A stretch of DNA of 64,000 bases, taken from the NCBI GenBank assembly GCA_976551045.1, contig CDPCPM010000026.1:7936001-8000000 (forward strand). Reading direction: 5' to 3'. Numbering within the stretch: position 1 is the first letter of the stretch; every line of letters starts with the position of its first letter. Positions 24,276 to 38,689 of this stretch are shown piece by piece. Under the pieces are notes generated by a model. It searched no databases and was not told the DNA's origin. It saw nothing but the letters and a program-made list of their open reading frames with translations. A program made the position numbers and the translations under genes. The stretch comes from Glaucostegus cemiculus (Eukaryota).

Positions 24276-25379
24276 ATGGATGACAAAGGGGAAAAGCTGG
24301 AAGAATACGTATGCAAGGTAAAAATCTTGTGGTCACAAAAATGGGAAATAGCTGAAAGGTAAAATAGGTGAGAAGACTATGACGAGGCAAGATTGAAGAA
24401 ACTGAGATGGTTGAACTTTAAGGCTGAGAGAATGAAGTCACTCTTCACATCTGAAAAAAAGAAGTGTTTTCACTGATAGCCAAGGCCAGCAGTAGCTACA
24501 ATATATGTTCATCAGATGACTGAGAGCAACATTATTGATGTAAGACTTGAAGATATGATTAGTTTTGCCTTACTGGTCTGAAGGGGACAGAAGTGTTGTT
24601 CAATCACTTAACTTATTCCAACCAAAATCTTTGTGAAAATTAGCAACAGAAACTCTTGTTTCTGTAAATGAGAACATGTAGGTGGGGTTCCTGCCATTTC
24701 CCTGCAGGTTCAAGAGGGATCCATGCTGGCTAGAGTTTAACATCTCCTCTTTCAGCCTCAAGGGAACCAAGTTCATGCTGGCCTGGATTGTCCAAGATGT
24801 ATTCACATTACTATTAACATCAAATTAATACATTAACATCAAATATTCTTGGATTAAAAAAATCCCAGCAAGAAAAATGTCCTGCTGGGCTATCAAGTAA
24901 AAGCCAGTAACAAATCCAAGGAGAAGATTTATAACTTTCCCAAAAGGAGCAAGGGATCTGTAGACTGGGAAAATTTCAGAGTTCTGCAGAGGAGAAATGG
25001 CAAAGAAATGAAGTATTTTGCATTAGTCATCATAGAAGAAAACACAGAAAATCTCCTGGAAATATTTCAGATTTCCAGCATCTGCTTATTTTTTTTTATT
25101 TTTCACCTCTCCACTTAGTCATAGAGCCATATAGCATAGATACTGGCCCTTCGGCCCAACCAGTCCATGCTGACCATGGTGCCCACCCAGCTAATCCCAA
25201 TTTCCTGTTTCTTAACTTGCCCTTTTATCTTTTCCTACTGCCTTGCACTACCAGATTACTGTTGCAATTTGTTTGTGGATCAATTTGACAAAAGCAGAAA
25301 CGAGATATAATATCATACACTTTCTTCTTCTCAGACAGTTTCTCAGGTCAGTGGATAACTTGTTTCCAACTACAATCCT

Positions 25380-26200
25380 GCAAGTTCAGAAGTGGCTGAT
25401 GTGTCCAATATGGGACCACAGACTTGCCACAGGTTGGGTAGTAGGTGCTTGGTGCTGCTGACACCTGGGTCGTTTGGGAGGTAACATGCTCCTTTCATTG
25501 TTTACAATGGGCTTCTGTCTGCTCCGGACAAATTGACTCTTTATTCTCAATGCCATTCCATGTGCTCCTTTTCCAATTTTAGTGGTCATGGGGCAAAGTT
25601 AATGCAGTTGTTACACTTTTTCCACAGAGGCTTTGAGAATAGGTTTGATTCATTTCCTCTGTCATTCTTGGCATGACTTAATTAGGAAAAGAGTCTTTGT
25701 TTCTGGCACCTGGTATTGCATGGACAAATGATGAAGCCTGCCTACTGGAGCCTCAGTGCTTGAAGTATTAGCCTGGAAGAGCACAATAACATCGGTTCAC
25801 TTATCCTGCCAGTTGATCGGAATATCTAATGGATTCAGCATTGATAGCAGTTCTTCAATACTTTGGAAGTGCTTAGTTGCAGGTGTTCCAAATCAAGAAG
25901 TCAGGGATCATTGCTGCCTGGGAGACCATGGGCTTTGTTCCAACATTGAGGTCTTAATATTTGAACACTTTTTTCCCTCAGATGGCTAAAGAATATGGTG
26001 GTGCACTGAAAACAACAGTGAATTTCATCATCGATGTCTGCCTTTGTTGCGAAGTGGCTCCTGAAATATGGGAACTGGTCAATATTTTCAGTATCTCATT
26101 AGGGACCTTTATTTCAGAGTGTGGAGTTTTACAAGTTGGTAGTGGACCTTTGTTTTATGGATGTTGTGTGATGCCCACTTATTCCCCACATGCTTCAGCG
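25380..26200 (-). mobile_element. RTE-like LINE 3' fragment, decayed
   Basis: Resembles the reverse of the RTE ORF C-terminus (C.PCGKxCxSHIGHISH-like zinc motif at ~25390-25440). Confidence 0.55.
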
Positions 26201-27090
26201 AATAGGTCAATAATGACTTGGAGAACTGGATACAGGTACCCAAAGGCCAAAGTCCACCAGGAAACCTGTGAACTGAAGAACAGATAGTGGATGGAAAGTG
26301 CACAGAAGGTCCATCATCTTGCTGATAGCCTTGACACTCATCGCTTCCTCAGCCATAACACCCAAGGGCCAATTTAATTGAGAACCAAGAATGGAGCTAG
26401 ACTTATGAAGTCAGGCATATGAAGCCAGGCTTGGAAGTAGGTGGCCTCCCTGATGAAGTTCTGAAACTTGACAGAGAGGAAGTTCATAAGCTCATGTCCA
26501 ACATCTTGGAAGAGGATGTTGCAGGAGATATCCGAGATGCTGTAGTCATGATCATTTTCAAGAAAGTAAACAAATCCAATTGTAGTAACTACACAGGGGT
26601 CTCCCTGCTTCTTACCACAGGGATCATCATCACCAGGTTCTCATTAACTGCCTCCAAATTGGCCAAGCAGCTTCTGCTCCAAACATCGTGGATTCCATCC
26701 ATTTCAAGATACCATAGATGTGATCGCCACCATGCATCAACTCCAGGAAAAATTCAGCATCAATTACTCTACATGACCTTTTTGAAGTTATTAAGCCATT
26801 GACTGTCAATTCAGAGCAATAGTGAAGTATCTTTCTCAAATTTCCTCAGAATTTCATCTCCATCCTACACCAGCTACTTGATGGCATGGAAGTTCACAAG
26901 AGACCCAATCCTAGTCCAGAATGATGTCACACAAGACTGCACCACTGTCCCGACGCTTTACTCAATTATCTTTGTAGCAATGCTGCACTGCACCTTGAAT
27001 GAGCTTTCAACTGAGAGGGGATAGTCTAACATATCAATGGGAAGCTATTCAATCTAGATTGCCTTCACTCCAGAACCAAGGTCACCCCAA
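26200..27090 (+). mobile_element. RTE-like LINE reverse transcriptase fragment
   Basis: GLPDEVLK...DIRDAVVMIIFKKVNKSNCSNYTGVSLL (the KGDxSxCxNYRGISLL motif), then gggaagctattcaatcta (GKLFNL). Confidence 0.75.
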
Positions 27091-27689
27091 TATCAGACAC
27101 CTTACACTCCAATACCTCACCTCACTAGTTCTGACACCTCCTCAGTGACTATGTTTACAAGACTCAACGCTACTGCAAATGGTAATTAATGAAGAGCAAT
27201 CCACTCTCGACAGTGTTCAATATGAATAAGTTGATTGCCTTGAGCACCCTAAATGAAGTGTGAAGATTTAAAATGCATTTAGGAAAGACATTCAGTGCGA
27301 GGCCAACCAGATGCAGCCAGCCATTTGCTTAATTAAATAACAACAGAACTTTCATACAAAAACTCCAGAGGCAAGACAAGCTAAATTCATTCTAAATTAA
27401 TTTACCTAACATTATTAGAAATATAAAATCAGATAAAGATAAGATTCCATAAGTTTTATGCTCCTTGAGGGTGGAAGTGTTAGCCTAGCAGAGGCAAGTT
27501 GTGGCGTTATCTGCACAATTAATTGCATTACTTTAAGTTTAGGCCAATCAATTCATTGCATGGAGGTTAATCTGAATTTAATTTGCTTATCCAAGTGACA
27601 TGAATAGTTGGTGCAGTAGTTAAAGGCAGCGTATACAAACAATTTGAGAATTTTATCACCTAGATAAAAATCAGCCTACGAAAATTAAA

Positions 27690-27880
27690 CAGATTGCATG
27701 TGCTCAAAATCCAAAAGGAAAACAGAAAATGCTGGAAACACTCAGCAGGTCATGCAGCAACTGTGAAATGAAAGATAGAGTTAATGTTTCAAATCTGAGA
27801 CCCGAAATGTTAACTCTGTTTTTCTTTCCACAGATGCCACCTGACCTGCTGAGTGCTTTAGACATTTTCTGTTTTTACTT
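27690..27880. mobile_element. Palindromic Penelope-derived miniature element
   Basis: aaaacagaaaatg...actcagcaggtca...agagttaatgtttc / gaaatgttaactct...tgacctgctgagt...cattttctgtttt form a near-complete foldback. Confidence 0.75.
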
Positions 27881-30844
27881 CAAAAATCAGTTTATATTTC
27901 ATTTAAGTGAGAAAACAGAGTTGTTTAGATCGAGTTCGCTATCTGTAGTTGTGGGATTAAAATCAAAGAAGTCTTGAAACAGTATTTTCAATCATCTGCA
28001 CTATGTAAACAACTGCAGACAAAAAATGTTGCACAGGGAAAAAAACACCGGAGGAGTTTTAAGAAAACTTTTGTGCATTATCAGTAACTGGCAGAAAAGT
28101 TTTCTACTACATTTGTAATTTTGGAACTAATGTTATACAAATCATTTTCATTGCATATACACATCTGGAAATCTTGGTGGTGTTATGTAACTGCAAAACT
28201 TTCCTTCTCTTATTAAGGAATTAAACAAACCATTCAATTTTTTGTTGTGGAAAACATAAATCAGAGCTATTTTGATGACAAATTCAGAACAAAACCAGAC
28301 CAACAACAGCAGCCACAGTGTCCAACATGTTAAAAAGCTGCTGCATTGCAATCTTAAAATAATTGCGAGTCTGTTACCAAAATACCACGCACTGCAATTT
28401 TTTGCTCTGAGTGGTATGTAATCTTAAAAGGCAGTGGGTGTCTGAGGCCAGGGCTAGGCTAGACACGATTCTCCACAGGGAAACGCTCACTAATAATTTA
28501 AAATAAGGATGGCTATGGTGGTTCATGTTTAAATGCCCTTGACACTAAATTGGCAGTACAGCTGTGTCTGTGGGAAGCAACTTGGTGCTGGGTTCCTACT
28601 GGAAATATGGTGGAGAAGACAGCAAAAACACAAATCCTACAAAGACTCCTTTGGGTGACTGCCACAGTTCTCTGAAATGTAAAGGGAGCAACATTGGCAA
28701 AGACCCAGAAAATGGCCACTCAACCACAAATTTCTGCTTCGTGTTGAAGAATAAGTTGAGAAATAAAGAACGGATAATGATGATTTGAACTTAATAGAAT
28801 TTTAGGAATATGCTGCAAAAGAGTCATCTCATTGCTCCATTTCTTATGTCTGAAATAAAAATGTAACACCACAAAGTATATTTATAAACAGGGCTTCTCC
28901 ACAGAAATGGAAAACTATGCAATTTACTTGCACAAAAATATTTACTTTTAAGAAAATGCCTAGTGTAATTGGGTAAGACAAACCCTAAATCATCCACCAA
29001 ATGCCAATTACAGGAGGTCCGTTAACTGGAATAACTCAAGCAAGCAGGTATTAATCCTCAGTGAGGAGACGCAGCGTTGGGAATTCCATAAATTATAATC
29101 TCTCCGAATCAAGATTATAATTTGATATACAGCACTTTTGTGATACTTGTGAGTATTCAACAACATATCCACCTGAAGCACCACCACCTTTTATGGAACT
29201 TCAAACATTTCCAAATGATTCAGAAAGACTTTACTGAGCAATATCAATAATGAGTTGTGGCCAACTCACAATGGTCTTTTCCCCATACTGTACTTAAAAC
29301 CGTTCAAATGTATAATAAGAATAAACTACAATAATTTATAAATCTATTTTTTCAAGCAGATGCAAACATCTGGCTCAGTGCTGATTTCTGGAGAATAGCA
29401 GCTACTGCACTGTAACTTGACAATGACTAATTTTTCATGCATCTGTAATTGCAGTTTTATCACATTGGATCCCCCCAACTAAGTTCAACACAGCACAACT
29501 CTGATATGAGCACACATTAGTACTCACTCACAAATATCAAATTCTCTACAATATGGCTCTTCCAATATCACAGAACTGATGATACAGTTCTAAAATTTGC
29601 TTGTCTACTCAACTTTGAGATTTTCTGTCACCATTTCTATGCATCACATGTGGATGCAAGGACTAGGTTCCATCAAATGAATGGTGTAATTTTTGCCCTG
29701 ATTAATTCGGCAGGGATGTGAAAAGAGTGTCAACGAAATGTATACTAACATAAACTACAATCAAAGTAAGCCAATTTTACCTCCAAATAAAAGCTGAGTG
29801 ATTTTAATGATCTATGCTCAATAGAGTTTAGGGATCTGCTATGAAAATTGATCCAATTACCACCCAACACCTAAAATAAAAGTAACATCAAAAATACATT
29901 TATAAGCAAGAATTTTCCACGTATACATAAAAGTATTTAATACTTGATGGCAATTTCTAGCTAGGGAAGATATTGTAAAGTAAAATAATTCCAATAATAT
30001 CTGAGGAATAGCATGATCCCTATTCAGTGTTGATGAGATTCAAAATATCATTCCACATAATGCAGTTTTAATAAATACGTTAACATTTAGGTCATTTTCT
30101 TCATTTTGACTCAACATAAAGTAATTACAAAGGGACTCAAACACCATCAGCAATTGTCAGGCAGCACACAAACTTTAGGCAGTTTCCCAAGAACTGAAAG
30201 ACATCAGATCAGTGCACATGGACACAAATGTAATCTACCATTGGTTTGATATTTCCTGTAGTGGTAATCCTGGTTACATCTGCCTTACACTTTAGTGACA
30301 TGTGTTCCAATTATCCAACAGCAAATGTACACCAAGATTTACTGGAGGACAAATTAAAACACACTGCTGCACACAGAGGCAAATTAGAAGAATCTGGGTG
30401 ACTAAGTAAGGTGTTAGAATGCGAACACACACTCATTTGGCTTTGGGACCTTGAAACAGAGGATGGAGGTTTTCAAAATATATTCATTGTTCAATCTAAT
30501 CTTTTACTGCTAGGAATTATTATTTTACTATGGGGTTTTCCTGAACCACAAACACCGTGATTTTTGTTCCAACGAGGCCACAAGGCGATCAAGACAAAAG
30601 CTGAATGTTAGGGATGATAATTGTGATAAATAATCATTTCCAATCAACTTGTTCAGCTAACATGAATGCAGCTTACCCACAACATAATATCCAGAAGAAC
30701 TTCAACTTAGGTGAACAAGGGATTACTTATCAGGCATGCCGGTCTAGGAAACTAGAAATCTTCATGTTGATAGGCTAAACTAAGGAACTTAAAATATAAT
30801 TTTTGTGGAGTTTTTTTAGGAGTCTTTTTTTTAAATGGAACGTT

Positions 30845-31165
30845 GGTGTCAATAACAAGACTAGCATTTAATGGCCATCACCTAAATGCTGTAGGCAATT
30901 TGGTAGCAAATCACTGTGCAGTCAGGTAGTAAAAGTCAAAGTGGTTTGGTATAACTGAGTGGTTTGTTAGGTCACTTCAGAGTCAACAATCTATGTCTGT
31001 AGTCATACACCCAAGGATGGCAGATTAGCAGACCCAGATATGTTTTTACAACAATCCCAGTAGTTTTGATAGTCTAGGTTATTTAATGAATTAATTTAAA
31101 TATCCTCAGTTGTCACGGTGGAATTTGAATTCCTGTCTCTAGATGGCCAGACCTCTGTACTGTTG
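30845..31165 (-). mobile_element. tRNA-derived SINE, same family as 57123-57460
   Basis: Reverse complement matches (ggatggcagatt, acccagatatgtttttacaacaatcc, gtggaatttgaat). Confidence 0.65.
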
Positions 31166-31199
31166 CTTTTTGAATCAAAGACATTTTGCTTGAGACTTG

Positions 31200-32150
31200 C
31201 AGAGAAGCAACATTCCTTGTATCATTCTTGATTCTTCACATTCTGTTGTTTACTATTAAGCAACTCATTTCATGGTTTCTATCCCCTAGTTGCCAGTTTC
31301 AAATCTGTTCAAATCGCGAAATCCATGTGATTTAATGGAGATAACCATCATTTCACAAACTTTTCCTTCTGTGCTCTTAACCAAAATATCTTCAAAGTAT
31401 TCCACCACATCTTGGAAAAGTTGAAATGCAACTTTTTTTTTGATCTTCTTCACAACTCTACTGACACTAATCCTCCAATATGTACAAACCTTCCCAGTCA
31501 TTCAATGGCAATGTCTCCAAGTGTAACATGAAGATCTTCCTAATGCTTCCCTAATGACATGCCCTTTCTCATGTGTGTTTATCTGTAATCCAATGTTTTT
31601 CCCTCTTCAAATGTACCCAGTGTTAGTCTCTGTAAATCTGTTGCTTGAAGGTCAATGTCATAAACAAATTGAAAATGGTTTTAAACCTTGTCATGTACTC
31701 TCCATTGTGATTTTCTTTTTTCTGTTGCAAATTCTTCCACAGCTTCCAGTACTGGATTAAATAAAGCAAGCAACAAATCAGGCATCCTTGTCTCACTCAA
31801 ACTGTTGATCTAAAGCATTCTGTCAATTTCCTGTCCAGCCTAACAGTGCTTCAGGGACTTGTTATAGATGTTTTCTATCAGTCTGGCAAGTATCTCAAAA
31901 ATGCCATAAATCTTCACGACAAGCCATATCCATTCTGGTCATAGACTGTCAAAGACTTGCTTGAAACCCATAGTGCTGTGATACCAATGTATGCTCTGTT
32001 CTATGAATTTCCCAGAAATAAGTTTTATCACAAACTGTTGATCTATTCCTTTCACCTGTCTAAAAACCAACATTTCCTTCAGGCAGTACTGAATCCACAT
32101 ATTCTTTCAGTTTCCTCTGCAGTGCCTTACTAAGTTATAATCAGTAAGTG
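31200..32150 (-). mobile_element. Decayed RTE-like LINE RT fragment
   Basis: The minus strand has gtgagacaaggatgc (VRQGC) at ~31780-31797 and a ttcaagcaagtctttgacagt (F.xxFDS) motif. Confidence 0.55.
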
Positions 32151-33329
32151 GATGTTGCTGTAATAATACAAAACTAAATTTTAACATCAATTATTTCAAA
32201 TCTTAGAGACCAAAAAAATGTGCACAAGGATACGAGTATGTTGCTAGTACTTCAAATATTAATCTTAGGCACTTATATTTCGCAAAGCACAGACAAAATC
32301 CACAATTATTAACAACTTATTTCAATGTTAAACTAGCATGTTAGTATCCTGTGCTCATAGAACTCACAGCATGGCTATTCGACAATCTCTTTATAATATA
32401 CCCAAATGTAAAATTCAGAGTAAATAATCAAGAATCGGTAAAATTAATCAAGGTCCGGGCAATGCTCCAAACTCTTACCATATATTCCTGCCTAATCGGT
32501 AAAATTTAAAATCTGAACCCATCCAACCACAGGTACCATTCAGTCTATTGTGTTCATCCTAGTGAAAAACAGACTTTAATTCCATCTCCCAGATAGAAGG
32601 GCATGAGACAACAAGGAAAATTGGACACAGTGTAACCACACACATAACACAAGTTTAAATGGGTATTTACAGAATAACCATACAGAACAAAGTCCATTCC
32701 TTTCCAGCCATGCTAGTGAATGCCACACAGGAGTAGATGAAGAAACAGATGCATTGCACAAAAGTTGTGCATTGCACAAAAGTTTTGGGGAAAACTCATT
32801 CCAAATGACAAATCCATTAACTGAACCAGCCCCTCCAAACTTAACAGAAGGTTGGAAAGTAAAAACAGAAATGAAAGGTCATTTGCTTGAAACCTTAAGT
32901 TAATCTGGGAGCTAATAAATAAACATGAATCTTGCAAATGTAACTCTCATCTGAAGTAGGTAGTATTTCTCAAGATTTCCCAGTCGTCTTTGCCACCTGT
33001 TTTGTGTTAGCACAGCTTTCATGGAACTCCTGTGGCATAACGCTAGATTTTTGCAGTGCAAGTGAAATTGCTCTCATAATTAGAGAAAGGGTGGGTGGGC
33101 GAGTAACAGTACAGTCAGGCTTTCTCAAAAGAGTGATCAACTCAAACTCCTCAGCACCGAATTAAACATACCATCTGGCCTCCTTCTGTCCAATGCAGTC
33201 TTAACTTTGCCTGCAGAGACACAGGCACCGTTTCTTTCACAGGTCTCTCTCATACTGGGAATTAACCATTCTATTCTTCCTGGGGCAAGAGCATCAAGTT
33301 TCGCAAACACAACACCAGTAACTGTTTGA

Positions 33330-35465
33330 TTTTGGTTCTACGACAGGAGGAGCTGCACTGATGGTGAGGGCACTACCTGAACCCTGACAGGACTTCTGCC
33401 CTTGGCGAGAGGATAAATAAACAAGGTGGCAAAGGCTTTAAACTTGTAAGGATGGGTAGGGTTACAAGAAGTGCAAGCAGCCTTAATATAAAAGCAGGTA
33501 AATAAAATAAAGGAATAAAGTAAGGCAAGAACACTGACAGCAAGGGACCAAATTGAGTTATGGAACACAGGTCTAATAAGATGGTTAATCATAAAATGAG
33601 AGAAAATCTTATTAAAAAGGAGTTAAACTGTCTGTACAGCTATGCACAAGGTATCCATAATAAAACAGGGCAGCTGGAAGCAATTATGCATTGAGAGAAA
33701 TCAGACAAAGTAGGGATTAATGAGACAGGGCTACAGAGAAATCAGAACTGGGAATTACATGTTGAATGGTATAATATATGTGGAAAAGATAGAAAGGGAA
33801 AAGGGGGTGGTGGAGTAACAGTACTCATTAGGAATACCATGGTGGCAGCAGAAAAAGGACACACTTACAATGAAGACAAAAATAGAATCCATGCAGATCG
33901 AGATAGAATAACAAAATTCAATCTCACTGATAGGTTCTAATCTACAGACCACCTTTCAGTGGAAGATTAGGCAAATTAGGAAAATAAGTAAGAACACAGA
34001 AACATAATCATGGAGGATTTCAGCTGTTCTGACATTATCTGGACAGAAGAGACAGGTATAAAGGTCATAAGGGAATGGAGGTCTTACTAAATAGATTGGA
34101 ATTCTTTCCAACCCAGTATGCAAAACTATAATAAGGATTGCCTGAAGGATTTATCAAAGGGAAATGAACCAGAGTAGATAGTACAGATACAAATAATACA
34201 TCTAAACAATAATGATTAAATGTGACACACTTTAAGGTGATAACAGAAAATGATGCAAGTGTGACAGAGCTGATTTTAAGGAGCTAAGATTGGAACTTGA
34301 GTAGGTAAAATAGGCAGCGTGTTGGCCACAATGACATGAAGCATTTAAATCAGTGTTCTACAGAGGAGAGGGAAATATATTCCATGAAAAGAAATGAACA
34401 TTTACAAGACCCAATGAAAGGCACAAGGGAACAATTGAAGATAAGGAACAAGCTACTCACTAAATACACAAACAGCAAAGAAGAGCTGGATATCAGCAGT
34501 CAGTTGAGAAATATTAGGATAACAAAAAGGAACAAAGATACTAAATTACCACAGAGCACAAAACAAAATGGTAAAATGTTTTTACAAACATATCAATAAA
34601 AAGGGGCAATAAGAAATTGGATGAAACTACAGATAATGACAGGGAGTTAGCAGAAATATGAATTTGTTATAGAAGATGTATGTGACATTGGATAATGAGG
34701 TGGCTAATGGAATGGTTGTACTTAAAAGGAAAAAAGGGTATGTAATAAAAAAGTTAAATCAAACTTGAAAGAGAATAAAAACTCTAGTCCAGTTGGATTG
34801 CACCAATGCATTTTAAAGGGACCTAAGAATGAAATAGCAGGGGATAGAACAAGGATAGGCCAGCTCACTTAATGGTGGTGCTGGTGAGAAACAAAGTGAA
34901 ATCCCCACTAAAACAGAGAACAGAAGAAAATCTAGATATAAAAATGGGTAATAGTGAGTAGTCAGCATGAATGTCAGAAAGGAAAATCTTGCCTTAAATG
35001 ATGTTACTGAACTTATGAAAAAATGAATCAAATAACAGAGTGTTGACAATGATAATTCAGTAGATATAAATTTATATTAGAGTTTCAAAATGCCTTTGAT
35101 AAAGGTAGCCCATAACAAACTTATGAATTAGGTCAATGAATGTGAGTTAAGGGACTAGTAGCAGAATGGTTTGCTAACTAACACTGGGACAAGAAGCAGA
35201 GTGTGGGAGCAAAGGGTAGTTATTTGGAGTGTGAGTTGGTAGGAAGTGATGATCCACAAGGATCTGTGCTGGGACCACTGATGTTCATAACTTACATTAA
35301 CGATTTAGACACTGGAATCAAAAATACAATTTAAGTGGTGCATAAACACAGCCAAATGGTTTTGTTTCTGTGCTTATATATTCTATTGAGATACAACACC
35401 CAAAACTGTGATGATCCTCCTGCAAGAAGATGACACAGTGTAAAGTGTGCAAATGACACATAAAT
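33330..35465 (+). mobile_element. Decayed CR1 LINE (ORF1 end, endonuclease, RT)
   Basis: aactgtctgtacagctatgcacaagg (NCLY.NAR-like), gggggtggtggagta (GGGV), ataatcatggaggatttcagc (IIMGDF-like), tttcaaaatgcctttgataa (FQ.AFD), ccacaaggatctgtgctgggacca (PQGSVLGP). Confidence 0.85.
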
Positions 35466-36744
35466 GTCTTTTATGAGCATGACTTGTGCCTTTGAGTACC
35501 AGCTTTGGTCAGCAAACACAGTATTTTTCTCCATAATTATTTGTTCTTTTGAAAGTTTCCCCCCAGAACATCCTTTGGGTCCATGTGTAGTAATAAGGAT
35601 ACGCAAACACTTGCTCCTAGAATCACCTAATAAAACCAATGGCAATAATCAAGCAATGACTAACTAAGCAGCACTTCCAAATCAACTTTCAACTGTTTCT
35701 TCCTCAGTAAAGAACCAAACTCTGCTTTCTGCTGCTTACATCATGTTAGCATTGAAGAAGGACAGTGCAGGGGCAGAAACTAGGCTGATGAGAAAAGGGT
35801 AAGTAGTTAAGTAGGAACAGTCCAGTAGAAAGGTGACAGTCTTGACTGAAAGTATTTTCAAGCATGCAACAACTTCTGATGTTTGATTCAGTACAGTGTA
35901 AAGTGACTTTCAATGTAGCTCCTAACAGAGCAGTAGAGAGCAAACTGGTACTTCATCAAAGTATACTCCAGAGCCCAGAGACTAAGAGAAGCAGGAGGGG
36001 AAAGGTTGGAACAGTTTACCTTAAACTTGAAGAAACCATGTGGCAGAAGTCACAGGGGCCAAAGCATTCAATGCAGTCCCACTGTGCACAAGGACCTGAC
36101 AGCAGAGGAATCCCGCTTCAATTTTAACTAACATGTAACCACAACCAGCTGCAGGGGACCTCTTAAGCAGATGGGGAGGTGGGAGAAGCAAACAATGGCA
36201 AAGGGAGGGAAGTGCAAGTCTGTGAATGGATGGCTGTTGATGGCATTATAAAGAAGAACTGCCAGTCAAGGGCCAATTGGCACAGAGAAAACATGATGAC
36301 CATATCTTCCCCTCTCATTATGAAAGTTACTTTAAATACTTTGCCAAAAACAGCTAATTGTAAATCATGCAGATTTATACAATGACAGCAGTGTTGCAGA
36401 AACTGTTATTTTTGCAAAAACTTGAGTTGCAATTTAACACTTTTGCAGAAGGGTAGTCACAGCCCAGCTGTTGAGTCACTGTAGAACAGTTCCTAGGTTA
36501 TGCTGTTCCCTTAACATAGCTCCATACAAAGAAAAGGACTTCACATCATTCACTCACAGCTTAAAAAGCCAGGTACAACTTTGGGTAATCCAAGGCAAGT
36601 CGGTCCTCAATGAGAAAGGAAATGAGAAAGGTAGAAAGGAACAAAGGATTCGTAAAAAACTAAGTTGCAGATTTTTAAATCCGAGAGGACATGGCATCCC
36701 CTGTGGGTACAGTAGCAGAGCCAATTGGGTTACTAGACTGATGT

Positions 36745-37075
36745 CCATTGGTTTGGACTGCTGATCCAGAGAATCCTCAAGGCAGCTGGAAAATTTAAAT
36801 TCAAGTAATTCAATAAATCTGCAATAAAAAAACAGTAGCATTAATGCTATTAACTATGAAACCACTGGTCATAATAAAAAGTCTTCTGGCTCACCACTGT
36901 ACTACAGAGAAGAAAATCTGGCATTCTTTTCCCAGTCTGGCCAAGATGTAACTCCAGACCCACAGTATGGTGATACCTGACTGCCCTCTGGTATGGCCCA
37001 CCAAGGTATTCTGAATAAAGGTACATGAGGGAATGGAATATAATTGCCAGCTTTTCTGGAGATACATGTGGGTTG
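36745..37075 (+). mobile_element. tRNA-derived SINE, same family as 57123-57460
   Basis: ggcagctgg...atgaaaccactgg...tctggctcac...gaaaatctg...tgtaactccagacccacag. Confidence 0.7.
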
Positions 37076-38233
37076 AAGATTGAAAGAGAAAAGAAAATTG
37101 ACTAATAAACTGAAACTAGAATGAAGCAGAATGGGACAAATATCATGGAGAACAAGAAAACTGAAAAAGGAAAACTGGACAGCTAAAATCTCCCTCAAAC
37201 TCAGTTTCATGATGCTCTAAGCAGTGACGAGGAAAAAGCAGTCCATGATTTGATTTGATTTTTCCAACTCACAGGTGGCAGCTGAAGCTTGTTGGTAATA
37301 AATGGAAAAGAAAGGATGATCAGATTGAGTTTGAAGTACAGTTGAATGGAAAATTAACAAAATAATAGATATTAATAAATTCAAACCCACTGCATCTACG
37401 GTTAACTTTCCATCTCAGATCCTATTTTTGCTATACAAATGATGAACAGAAAGATCGGTATACAAGTGATAAAAGTGCTTGAAACCCATTGTTCTCACAC
37501 CACAGTCTGCCAATTCCAACATCATATCAACAGCAGCAACAAAATTAAAATATTTAATATTTTCTATTATAAAGTTTAAGTGGTTGCAGAGGAACACAGT
37601 TGAAGCCATTAAAGTACCACTGCAAACAATTTCAAATTGTAGTTCAAGTTTTTCAAGAAACCACTTTTCAATGCTCTACAATTAATTCACAGAAAATATG
37701 GACAAATAGGAACAGGAGTAGCCATTTGGCCCTTTGAGCCTGCTCTGTCATTCAACACAATCATGGCTGATCCTCCACCTCAGATATACACCATGGAAGG
37801 GCAAAGCATTACTGGGAACAAAATTACACACCAACTTAATCAACATCACTCTTTGTGAACATTATTTGTTGCACAGCTCACAACTTAATTTCAGAGACAT
37901 TCAACTGTGAGTCCGCAGGTATTTCAGCTTTAAGTACATGATTGAATTAAGCAGGAATTTGATCCCAGAGTGATCTAGCAGTAGTTTAGAGGTACATCTC
38001 TCATCCATATGAACAATGACTGCTGCAATCATTACACTTTTAAGTAATTTGTTGGTTGCAAAGCAGGCATCTGAGATACATATAATGTCATACATTATCT
38101 AAGTTGTTTTTTTACTATTCATATTGTGGATTATTACTGAAACATTGAACACTTCAATGTTGGCAACTTTATGGAGGAAGATTCACAAAACCTAACCTTT
38201 TTAGGTTTGTCTCCAAATATTATTATTGGCACA

Positions 38234-38480
38234 GGCACGATAGCGTAGCGATTAGCGCAATGCTGTTACAGCGCCAGCAATCGGGGTTCGATTCCCGTCG
38301 CTGCCTGTAAGGAGTTTGTACATTCTCCTGTCTCTGCGTGGGTTTCCTCCGGGTGCTCCGGTTTCCTCCCACATTCTAAAGACGTACGGGTAGGTTAATC
38401 TGGGGTGTTTAAAATGGGGGGAGTGGACTCGTTGGGCCGAAAGGGCCTGTTACCACGCTGTAAATAAAATAAATAAAATA
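38234..38480 (+). mobile_element. Young tRNA-derived V-SINE
   Basis: A-box-like tagcgtagcgattagcgc, B-box ggggttcgattccc, V-domain, AT-rich (taaaa/taaa) tail; CpGs largely retained. Confidence 0.9.
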
Positions 38481-38499
38481 AGAATCTTTAAAATCAAAA

Positions 38500-38665
38500 A
38501 TCTGTAAATATGGAAGATCTGAAAATAGAAACAGAAAATGTTGGAAATACTCAATAGGTCAGGTAGGACCTGATAAAAGGTATTCAACCCAAAGTGCTAT
38601 CACTGTTTCTCTTTTCACAGATGGTGCCTGACCTGCTGGGCATTTCTAGCATTTTCTGTTTTAAC
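38500..38665. mobile_element. Palindromic Penelope-derived miniature element
   Basis: aaacagaaaatgttggaaat...aggtcagg / cctgacct...atttctagcattttctgttt around CTGATAA-AAGGTATTCAACC-CAAAG. Confidence 0.65.
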
Positions 38666-38689
38666 TCCAACCACACAGTCTGCTACCAA

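Noticed and set aside
38234-38305. tRNA-like sequence
   Set aside because: It is the head of a SINE, continuing into a V-domain and tail, and lacks a complete cloverleaf.
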